Positions 14,694 through 25,574 of a stretch of DNA of 33,769 bases are shown here, piece after piece. A program made the position numbers and the translations under genes. How positions within the stretch are numbered: the stretch's first letter is position 1; every line of letters starts with the position of its first letter. Under the pieces are notes generated by a model. That model searched no databases. It had not been told where the DNA came from and was given only the letters and a program-made list of their open reading frames with translations. Source of the DNA: Vermamoeba vermiformis (lineage: Eukaryota); the NCBI GenBank assembly GCA_045837725.1, contig JBEWZL010000099.1, positions 62,001 through 95,769 on the forward strand. The letters run 5' to 3'.

Positions 14694-14836
14694 ACTTCAC
14701 TCAAATTGCTAGTTAAAAACTTAAACATTACAGCTGATTTATTTACCAAAGTTACAATGCGATATTAAGCTGCACGGTCATACGCTACCAATTCATTATC
14801 AAACTAAGTTTAAATTCGAACAAATTCTCCATACTT

Positions 14837-14981
14837 TGTAGGTACAGGCTTACTCCAGTAGGTACTTAGTTTTACCTACTCCCTTAGCTGCCAACTAGGC
14901 CTTTTAAAGTAGGGATCGCCGCCGAGTTGCTGTTGCCCGAAAAGGTCGCAGTACAGTTGCTTGATCCACCTCGTACCTACG
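14837..14981 (+). ncRNA. Candidate structured non-coding RNA of unknown family
   Basis: GC-richer island in an AT-rich intergenic gap. A terminal stem (14837-14848 / 14969-14981) encloses a perfect 8-bp hairpin (14857-14880) and a long interrupted hairpin (14913-14967). G-U pairs favour the + strand. Confidence 0.45.
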
Positions 14982-15134
14982 TTGAAAATTTATTGACCGC
15001 AATTCACTATGAAAATAAGTTTTAATCAAGCTAATTTTAGGTGCCTACAGCGTATATATACTGCTGTATTTAGAAATGGTTACAGGGCTGTTTTAAGTTT
15101 CGAATTTATTCTCCGTCAGTACAACTACATCCGC

Positions 15135-18100
15135 TTACAAAGTAGCTTGTGGCGTCTTATTACTCGGTACAAAGAATACATATCGTGGCTTAGTTAACAT
15201 ATCAAACTCGTTCAAATAGGCGCTAGCATTAATAGCAGCTATTAAACGTACCGGCAGTACTTCAATGTTAGGCAGCGGTAATCGACCTGGACCGAGCGGT
15301 AGTAAGCCCCATTCGATGTTATATGTCGAATTGGCATTAATTTTAACGCGTGCCTTGCGCGGACCACCAATTAAGAAGAATTCGCTGTCGGTGATCGAGA
15401 CGTTTAGATCTTGTACTGCATTCGTGTGGTTTGTAACAGTAACTGTGTAAGAGAATAGCTCATTGACTATACCACTATCGGCATGCTCTATAATAATAAG
15501 GAACTTAGAATAAGCCAAAAGTTAAGCTTAACTTAATAATTTAGCGGATTCAATTTCAAACAAGAAAATAATTGTAATGTAGGTAGTTGGAAATTCATAC
15601 CTATCTTAGCAGTAAAGAACTTCTGTTGTACTTTAACGCTAGGAATAATGAGCTGCGTCGTAGTTGAAATAAATCGTTCCTGATCTCCATCCGCCAACAA
15701 CTTTCGTCGCCATTTCAGCGTAACAAAGCCAATATCGTACTTTCCGACTACTGTAGGTTGAAGTACAAAGCACGTTTGGAATTTGTTGTCGCGAGTAAGC
15801 TCTAAATCGAAATTGAAATTAGTTTCCAATTGGATAAACGAATCTGCTTGAGATTAATAGAGACGAGCCTTAATTGCTTACCAAAATTTATATCCGTGGC
15901 ACTCATTGATGAGGACGTCTTATTAGCGACTGGTTGGAACTCTTTGGTCACATTCTAAAACGTTGTTAGATGCGCGTTACAAATCCGCTACAAAAATACA
16001 TAATTTATGCTCAGAGCTCCTATAAGCTAACATAAGCATATATAAGTATACTTACTATCATAATATCAACGCCAAGCACTTCTAGAGGGAAGTCAGTGAG
16101 CGCCTTGACCGCCACAAGCAACATGAACTCATCTGATTGAGAAAGGTCGTTTGGAGTGATGGCATGGAACTCTTTGCTGAAGAAATCAAAAGCAGGTACG
16201 AAGGGGAAGATAACATTGACTGGTACTTGGGTCGTAACTTGAGAACTGAATCCGGATGCGCACGTGTAAACAACCTGCAAGAAAAATCGATTAGATCGAA
16301 TCATCGAGATTAAAAGTGGCATATTAAATTATGAGTATACTTACTTTAATCTTAATTTCTTTGGATTCAATTTTGCTGTTCAAAACGAAGAATCGGATCG
16401 TCTTTGTCGAATCCGCAGCGATAGGGTCCTTAATTGGGATCTGGTTATTATCGATCTTAGTGTCCTCACTAAGATAGAACGAGTTGTCGCCAAACGAGTG
16501 CATGACGTCCAAATAGACCATGGCTTCAGTGACTGGATCCGCAACGTGTTTGTTCGTCATTTGCAATTCGAGGCAATATAATTCATTCAGTAGAGCTGGT
16601 TGCGCGTGCTTTACGGACAGTTCCAACATAGGTGGCTGTGGTAGAATACTAAAAGATATTCATAATTAGCATAAAAAATGAATCAAGGTCATTAACTGAA
16701 AATTGACTTATTTGGAAATCTCGGTAATTTGCAGATCGGGGCCAAACCGGTGGTACTTACACGAGGGCGGTACGCTCTTCAAAATTGTATTTGCTCTTCA
16801 ACAAGAAATAATTAGTCTCGTGGTCGTCGCTCGATTGACTGGCCCCTGGCGTTGACTTGAAAAGAATTGAATTCGCGCCCCATCTCAATTCTACTTGCGT
16901 GCACTAATACAATGATTAGTATATGAATTGTATATGATATATTTTTTAAGGGTACCTCGACTACAGACTCAGTCTTAGTTTGCAAACTTTGTGTAATAAT
17001 TTTGTGCTTGTCTGCCTCGAGCAATAGATCTTGCTTCGAAACTTCAAAATTATAGCCTAAAATAGCGTTATTAGCTCTAAATAACTCAAATAGACTACTT
17101 CATAGTACTTACTATCGTCGCTAAATGAAACTTTGATAGACGAGAACCGTACATCGTTGATGAATTTTCCCTCGATTAATAACTGAAACTCGACTTGCGA
17201 TTGCTTAGGCGCTTTGTCATTCACAAATCGAACAGTGCAATTAACTATATAAGAAGAATTAAAATCAGCATTATATTTAAGAATGCAAATAATACTTACG
17301 CAGATCTGAGTTGTGACTGCTCAAAACAATAGGCGTAGTTAACTTGTTTTCATCGATTAATTTCTGAATGGTTGATTGAATAACTGATTTTTCTTCGCGA
17401 GTAATAATAATATCTATCATATAATAACATTAGTAATTGATAATTCTGTAAGTTAATTGTTAAATAAAATTTCAAAGTGGCGCTTGGGAAGTTTCCCAGG
17501 CACGTGACTTACTTGGGCCTAAAAGTTCCAAACCATATTTAACCGCTTCATTAATGAGATCTAGTTTAAAGCACGCTTCCATCGAGTACTTCAACATGAC
17601 CGTCAAGACATCGTACCAGCCTTCAGATCTGTAATTCGGCACAACCAAGTCGAGGTATTGCTTGGCTTCGAGCCATCGACCCATCTCGACATATTGTTCC
17701 GCTATTTGTGCCGCGAGCTGGTACTGCGATCGATCGCCGTTGGATGCTTGCACAGTGCCAAGCTCAGCTTTGATCTTATCAAATGCTTTCAATAGCAGTG
17801 TGACAATCTCCGCGTTGTGATCTACTTTGAGCTCTTGGGCAATGAGGGTCTGGTACTCTACATCTTTCGTAACGTCTTTTTCCTAAAGCGAAAAAGGTTA
17901 GTAAAATATTTCCAAGAAGTATAACTTCGATTGCCTAATTTGGTAATAAGAAGATATTTTAAGACTTACATCTTTGCCTAAATTCATGAGAACGGCACGC
18001 ACGACACCTTTGCCAACGAACCGTTGAAATTTGTAAATTATATTTGCAGGTCTATATGGCGTAAGTTGTGGGTTGTCAACGAGTGCTGTCACAGCTGGAT

Positions 18101-19908
18101 TAGCTGCAAAATCTTTCTTCACGTTCAAAAAGTTCTTTTTGCGTGCGCTATTGAAATTTGCAGCTGCTTGATAATGAAAACTCGATTGGCGCCAACCCTT
18201 CACGCGCGAACTGTATTGCGGGTATTGATCCAACAGTTCACCGAACACTTGGTGCCTAGTATACATTAGTACATATTCTTATACTAAGATAAATATAGAT
18301 CATATATGCTATGCTCGGGACTTACTGTCGTGCAAGCCAAGCGAAATGAAGAAATTCTTTGTCTGCATCTGTTGGCAGTGTCTTGTAGTACTTGATGTGC
18401 TTTGAAAAATGATTCACGGCGTCATTGACCGCGCCAACGTCCATATACAATTTACAAACCTAACGAATCATAATAATTAGCCTGGCTAGTAATTTATCGA
18501 GCACTAGTCGCGGATGTGGCACGTACTTTATAATTCAAGTAGTCGGCGACGGTTTTGACTTCTTCAAGCTCGCTTTTCAATTTATAACTATCCCGTAGGA
18601 AATTATATGACGTAACATAGTACCTATACAAAAATCAATTAGAACCTAAGATCTACGATCCATAAAAAAATGCGAAAACGTACTTCAGTGCAGCTTTGTT
18701 GTTTTGCGCTAGTTCGTTCAAAAACGCTACTTTTAAATGAATTCTGACCAATAGCTTCTGTTGTGTTGATCGATTGATTCGTTCACGATATTTCTTGCGT
18801 GATTTTGCGTCTTCAATGTAGTAATCCGTAGCGGTCTTCAACAAGACTTTTTCTAGCCTAATATGGTAATAACATGTTAACTATGCTTAGATACCTAAAA
18901 TAGATATTTTTTGCAAATATTTAAACAATTTGTAGAATATTTTTTTACACGTGTCAAGAGGTCACTTTTGAACGCGCTATTACTCTTATATACTTTACGA
19001 TGTATTTGCAAATATGCGCATTACCTTTTAGTCGAGTTCCTTAAATCATTCTTAGCAAAGAAATGAATGTTGCGTGCATCAAGCTCAGCTCTCTTGCGCA
19101 AACTGTTTAACTTTTCGTCGTATGCATTTTCAGCTAGAAAATAACGCAAAGATTAGTATAACGCTATTATGTACTTTAATATAATACTAAAGATGTCATA
19201 TATATTGTATTTACTATTATATTATGACTTGTAGGATATCGAATGTTGAGAGTCAGATCTCGTTGCCAAAACTCAACAAAAAATGATTTTGAAAAATTAT
19301 TAATGAAAATATTACTTACACGGCAAATCGTTCTTAACCAATACTATAATTATTTTAATATTCCTATTTTTGGCGAGTTGTCGGAAGTAATCGATCCTGT
19401 ATGTAATTTCTCCTTCTTTGTTGCGCCAATCAGTGCCTTCTTCTTCTTCAAAATCAAAAAATAATGCCATGCACCCCGTAACTTCGTAAAAATAACGATA
19501 CAGCCAGTTGGCTTTTAAAATGCCATCTGGGTAGTACCCGTCATAATTTGGTCGTCTTTCTTTTATTCTATAAATAAAATATTAATAATACGCACTATAT
19601 TAATATACAAATAATATTCGTTTAATTGATTTGCCATTTATTTTGCAATTTTCGAATTTAATTTTGCCGATCCAATTCAGTTAGTAAATGTTGTATAGTC
19701 ATAAAATATATGAATTATTGGATATTTACCTTCGTGGAAATATTTCATCGCTCCAAGCCCTGGGTAATACACGTAAGATGGGTTCATCTTTTCCATCCAC
19801 CTTCTTCACAGTCCAATGAGGCTGTAGCTGCGTTACAAGAGGTGTATTGCCTACTAATGCTACGACTGGTAATGGTGCGCCCTTAAGTTCATCGGGGTAC
19901 TCGTCCAT
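15135..19908 (-). CDS. TRAPPC11: Trafficking protein particle complex subunit 11 (foie gras), many exons
   Basis: N-terminal MDEYPDELKGAPLPVVALVG, YDGYYPDGILKANW, RIHLKVAFLNE, AWLARQHQVFGELL, YRSEGW, and C-terminal beta-sandwich segments (NHT...FLIGG, W.LLPL..G.LPLP) match the TRAPPC11 layout. Confidence 0.88.
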
Positions 19909-20318
19909 TGTGTAGATCCAGCCAAAAATTAAAATTTATGGAGCCTTCTCGTGCGTTTACTTTAAAACCTTAAAAATGTGCGTTTCCAATTTCGGTCTGA
20001 CTGCTCTTCCACGACGAACCAGAAAAATTCATTGCATTAACACCAACGCTTGGGAGGCTACTAATTGAGTCCTAAGCCTTTTAGCATAGTTTAATTTTTC
20101 GTGTTCAGCGATCAGACTTTTTGTGGAACTTCGCAAATGATCTTATCTCATCATGTGCATACGGTTTCTAGTATAAGGCTCGTTATTAAAAGCAGTCGAT
20201 GGTCAATTCAGTTTCATCTGAAAGTTCTGCCTTTCGAATTTTCAGGCTTCAAATAAAAGATTTGAAAGTTTAGGGTTGGTTTGTTTATCGTACTAATTAG
20301 ATAACAACATTAACAACG

Positions 20319-22765
20319 ATGGAAGAAGTCAGCGCTGACGTAGTTAAACAACAAGGAATCGCCATCGACGAGGATGACTTGAGCTTGTCTCCTCCGCAAG
20401 CAGATGAGCCCGAACAACCTGAACAATCTTCTAATAATCATGGCACTGGCGAGACTATTACCATCGAAGAGCCTTCACATACTCAGAAACACGAGGTAAA
20501 GATTTGCAAGATCGAAAAACTGAAAAAAACTTTGTAATTATTATTTATTGATAATTCAGCATGGTATGATGTTCAATCATATCGTATAATTACGGGCTCG
20601 GTTTAGAAATGATATTATAATTAGTTTTGAATTTGATATACTCTTGGTCTTTAATTAATTTTTTCATTACCGTTAAGGAATCTGCTGCAACCTTCGATAT
20701 CTCGCTTTCTGACCCCGAGAAGCACGGTGATGGAATGAACGCATATGTGACTTATGCCATTAAGACTAGAGTAAGTTCTTACATCACTGATCCATTGGGG
20801 ACGGATGACACTCACCCATCCCTTGCTTTGTGCAACAAACATTGCAATTTATCGATTCTAGATCTTTCTCGCTGCAATTTAATACATGATTTAATATATT
20901 TAATGCAAATAGACCAAGAGCAATCTCCTAAAGGCCGCTCAGCTGATCGTCGATCGTCGTTACAATGATTTTGTGTGGTTGCACGAGAAGCTCTCTCAAC
21001 AATACAAAGGCATTATTATTCCTCCATTGCCCGAGAAAGGCGTTATCAGTAAGTTAAATTTTCTACAAGACCTCTAGTTGGCTCAATCTGGTTGATCCGC
21101 TAACAAATTTTGCTCATCCAAACAAAACTTTCTACTGAAGTTTCTGAATGGATTATTTTTCAATAATATTTATAATCATATGCACGATGTCCATAAGTTG
21201 CTGCTTTAAAAGGAAATTAGAGTGTGGCTCAATTTATTTGGTTTGATCCGCCAGTTATGAACGATAATTCATTTAGACGTTATTATTTACAATTATTTTA
21301 CCTTGTTATATAGACCGATTCTCCCCGGAGTTTATTGAACACCGCCGAAAAGAATTGGAAAGATTTATACGTCGTGCTGCCAATCACCCGACCTTGCAAC
21401 ACAGCGAACACTTGAAGGCATTTTTGGAACTCTCTGATGAGGTATGATTCGCTTTAAATACTAGAATGATAGTTAATACTGGCCTTAATATAATGCACGA
21501 ATGATACGTGCGAGATTATTACAGTAATCGATAATGAATTTTTGCGAGATCAGATCTTGAACGGATCTCTTTTTTCTTTAATTATGCTACTGAATTTGCG
21601 CATGCGTACTAACAATGTTATAAATAATATAGGAGCTTGTTCAATGGAAAGAAGGCAAGAAACAAAAGAAAGGATTTATGGCATTTTTAGGCGAGAAAGT
21701 GTCCAACGTTCAAGTCTCGATGGGAACTCCCAAAGAAAGTACGTAACGATTCGAAGATGTGATTATAATAAGGTCGACACTAACAATATATTCATGATAG
21801 TTGATCAATGGTTCGAGGCTCACAAAGCTTACATTGATAACCTCGAACAACAGTTGCAAAACATGTTGAACAGATCTTCCGCGATTTCAAAGCGACAAAA
21901 GGAAATGATGCAAATGTGGACTGAGTTTGCTCAAACTGCTGCTCTCATTGCCGCGTAAGTAATAGAGATGGTGGCGAGGGAATCGGATTCAGATCTTTTT
22001 TCAGATTGCGTTCAAAATATTAACTGGCGATTGTATTTAGCACCGAGCGTGATAGCGACAAGGTTCTCCAAACTATTTTTGATAAGACAGCTGCTATCTC
22101 CAACCAACTGGCAGTTTTGCAAAAGGAGCTGGTACGCGCATCTAAATCCAAATTTCGAATATTTTAGAAACTCTTCTAATTATTCTTTATTTTAAGTCTG
22201 AAAGCCAGATTTTGCAGTTTGAAGATACACTCTCCGATTATACTCGTTTAGTCGATGCTGTTAAGGACGCTCTTAACAATCGAAGCCAGTCTCTTTACAT
22301 GTGGCAAATGGCACAAAAAACTGTTGAACAGAAGCGAGAGAAACAAGCCAAGAATAACGATTTGAAGACTCAACGTGAGGTCGAAGAGGTTCGTACCATT
22401 ATTTTAATTAATATCTGTATTCTATTCTACAAAAATTGTCTTAAACCGGCACATCCGATCTCGAATCTGGATCTGAGTCCGTTCTTTTTTAGGCTCAAAA
22501 GAAGGAGGAGGACGCTAAAGAAGAATACAACGGCATATCAGATTCGGTCAAGACTGAAATTGAAAAGTTCAAAGCTCAAAAGGGCAAAGACATTGTTTTG
22601 GCCATCACCGAGTTTGTTCAAGCCTACATGAACCACGAAGTTAGAGTACGTATAATCAATACTATATTTGTATAGTAGGTGTCTAATACGATGATTCTAT
22701 AGGTTGTTCGATTATGGAAGGAGATGCTCGAGTTCATTCAAGACGCACAAATTGCTCGTGCTTAA
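20319..22765 (+). CDS. PX-BAR sorting nexin (SNX1/SNX2/Vps5-like)
   Basis: PX domain DPEKHGDGMNAYVTY..RRYNDFVWLH..IIPPLPEK..FIEHRRKELERFI...HP.L followed by helical BAR-like exons (DQWFE.., DY.RL..AVK.AL..R). Stop at 22763-22765. Confidence 0.9.
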
Positions 22766-22924
22766 TCACCCTAAACTAATTTCTTGTACTTGTTACTCAT
22801 AAAAGCAGATTAAAATACACTAGCGAATACGTCTTATTAGATATAGGCAATAGTATTAAAATAATTCGTCTTTGTGCAACGAGAGGGAGCGCGTTTGGAT
22901 GGACAATCTTTTTTCGTTGCAGTA

Positions 22925-23744
22925 ATGGAGCACAACTTGCGAGTACTTGATGTTTCATTTGCAGAAGAGGTTTATGCCCTCGAAAGTGCAAGTAATGCCT
23001 TACTTAGATAATACTACCTTGCAATTTAGCTGACTCGAGATCAGATCTTGACTTTTTACCTTCGAAAAATATTAAACAAATTCTAGAATATTTTTATTAT
23101 CATAATCAATTTAATTAATATTTTTGCTCGCTTAGGTTACCCTGCAGATGAAGCAGCAACGCTAGAAAAAATTAAATTTAGACTTGCCAACGCAACACCT
23201 TACTTCACCGGTCTATTTAACGATAAAAATGAATTAATTGGATTTATTAATGGTACTTGCTCTGCTGAGAAGCATTTATCACACGACTCGATGTCAACCC
23301 ACGATCCACACGGAAGTAAGCCTCCTTATACAAAGCAAATATGTCTTGCATACTTAATATTGCCATATTAATGCAAGAAATACGACTATTCTCAAATATA
23401 CATGTATTGACATCAGATTTCATTTTAGGTACGCTGTGCATCCACTCAGGTTCGTTATTAGAGCATACTATCTCGTTAATTATGACTTAATTTAATGATT
23501 TATATCATTTTTAGTCGTTATTAAGCCCGAACTAAGACGTAAAGGACTGGCAACGCAGATGATGAAACAATACGTTCAATACATCAAAGCCAATAGGCCA
23601 GAAATTCAATCGATAGCACTTATTAGCAAGAAAAATATTATACCATTATATGAGAGCTCTGGATTTACTTTAATCGGCCCATCAGACGTAGTTCATGGAG
23701 CGGATGTGTGGTACGAACTCAGATTGGAAGTTCCTCGTCAATAA
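22925..23744 (+). CDS. GNAT N-acetyltransferase (AANAT / polyamine acetyltransferase Paa1-like), 4 exons
   Basis: Spliced reading: ..LESASYPADEAATLEKIKFR..LIGFINGT..SMSTHDPHGSTLCIHSVVIKPELRRKGLATQMM..LYESSGF..VVHG.D.WYE. Confidence 0.88.
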
Positions 23745-23889
23745 AGGTCAGAAATTGAACCTTGATATTGATATTGCGCAACTCTATATTTAGATTAGCA
23801 CTGATATACCTTCCTGACATGTTTTATAAGTCATTTTTTTCGGACGTTCTAGAAATAGATTAAATTAACCTCATTGAAGAGCACCACAA

Positions 23890-24956
23890 ATGAACTTCAA
23901 GTCCTTAATAGTGCTATTGGCGTGCGCTACCGTTGCTTTTGCAACTGTTGGCGTCGACGTATCGCAAGCAGTTTCGCAATCTGGATTCTCTTGTATGGTC
24001 AACAACGGCTACTCATTTGCGATCATTCGAGTACGTTATAAAGAATAATAATGTGGGTCAATATTAACGATTAATTCAGGCCTATCGAAGCTTCGGTTCG
24101 CCAGATCCCAACGCGGCCTCCAGTATCGCCAAGTAAGTTCGGTTGGAAAATTTGATTATGCTTGATCTCATATTAATAATTGTATCATATAGTGCTTGGA
24201 ATGCGGGTAATCACATTTGACAATTAATTTAATTTTTGGATATTTTATTGAAATTTTTATTTGACAGGTATGAGCCATGTCGACATCTATATGTAAGATT
24301 AATATATATTATGTACCAAACAGTCATAATTAATTATAATCCAGGTTCCCTTGCCCTTCTTGTGGCAATCCAGCCAAGCAAGTTTCGGACATGATCAATA
24401 ACCTTAATGGCGCCACCTTTGGCATGGTCTGGTACGTACTTTAGCTTGTATAATATAATTAATATAAACTAATTATCCGCTACAAAGGCTTGATATCGAG
24501 GGTTCTCAATACTGGATGGATCAAGCCTCGAACCAAGACTTTTTCAGCGGATTAGTTCAACAAGCTCAAGCTATGGGTATATAAAGCGATGTTTATTATA
24601 ACAGTACTATTCTAATAATGTATAAGGTCTTAAATTGGGCGTGTATACTAGCCGATCGCAATGGATACCTATCATGGGCGATTGGAACGGCGGATCTGCT
24701 TTCCCCTTGTGGTACGCGCACTACGACAACAATCCTTCGTTCAGTATGTATAGTTTCATATATAGTACCTCTTCGATATACTAAGGCTTATCTCTCAAGG
24801 CGACTTCTCGGCTTTTGGTGGATGGTCTAGCCCTGCGATCAAGCAATACGCTGGTACGTTTTGAAAAGTTAAGCGTTTATGCATAGTTTTAATATTTTGC
24901 ATTTAGGCGATGATACTTTATGCGGTGTTGGTGTTGATCTGAGCTGGTATCCTTAA
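23890..24956 (+). CDS. Secreted GH25 protist-type lysozyme, 9 exons
   Basis: Signal peptide MNFKSLIVLLACATVAFA, then GVDVSQ, FAIIRAYRS.G.PDPN, VDIYMFPC, VWLDIEG, GVYTS.SQW, LWYAHYD..PSFSDF..FGGW..PAIKQY.GD..LCGVGVD.SWYP*. The whole model splices in frame. Confidence 0.93.
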
Positions 24957-25488
24957 GTTTTGTTCGCGATCCAAATCCTTACAGTTACTCCTGAAAGGGA
25001 TATAAACTTGCCCGCATTTTATAAGCTATTCCTTCTTTTATCTATGCAGATCTATAGTCCTACGAGTTATCGGAGGTACGCGCTGTTGATTTCGCAAGTT
25101 TCTCGGGCCCGCCTGAGGAACCGTTCAAATTTTTTTTTTGTTTAGGGCCGCGGATTTTTTTTGCAACAGTTTTCTCGTTGAATAGCACATTTGAGTGCCC
25201 AAGATGATAGTATCATCGAGGTTATATAGACAAGACACATCCTTAAGGAGTTGAAAGTTTTCAATGGTGGCGTTTAGACAATTCGATCAGTTTTGCTGCA
25301 GCATTGTTGGCGCAAGTTGGTAATAGGTGCCAAAAATAACGGCAAGTATCAATGTTTGTACGATTATGGTAATTATAGTAGAATTACGTAGCAAATTTCA
25401 TTGAAAATTACAAAATAATTTAATTTTACCTCAGATCTAGCGACATTTTAATAATCTCGAGATTCTCCTATCTATAGTATTCGGAAAA

Positions 25489-25495
25489 TATAAAA
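25489..25495 (+). promoter_or_regulatory. Putative TATA box of the LEA-like gene
   Basis: TATAAAA about 85 nt upstream of ATG 25575. The AT-rich background limits specificity. Confidence 0.35.
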
Positions 25496-25574
25496 GGCAT
25501 TTGATTGGCATTTTATTTCAATTTTTGATTACAGATCGATAACAACTCTTTATATCTTATTACATCATTACCAC

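Noticed and set aside
14769-14790. GCTGCACGGTCATACGC resembles the 5' end of 5S rRNA
   Set aside because: The similarity stops after about 15 nt, with no internal box A/C motifs and no complementary 3' strand.
14831-14860. ATACTT start suggesting U1 or U3, and GGTACAGGCTT suggesting tRNA-Sec
   Set aside because: It lacks the ACCTG of U1 and the U1-70K/U1A loops, U3 box A, and the TCA anticodon and T-arm of tRNA-Sec.
14920-14975. Minus-strand GCAACTGTA / GAGGTGGA / GGCAAC fragments recalling cobalamin or SAM-I riboswitches next to MetRS
   Set aside because: The other required conserved blocks are missing, and the fragments are antisense to MetRS.
24947-24956. GTATCCTT, a U12-type 5' splice-site consensus
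   Set aside because: It is the W-Y-P-stop end typical of this lysozyme family, so no intron is needed.
24979-24990. CCTTACAG similar to the dictyostelid Class I RNA motif
   Set aside because: Only a partial match, with no flanking terminal stem.
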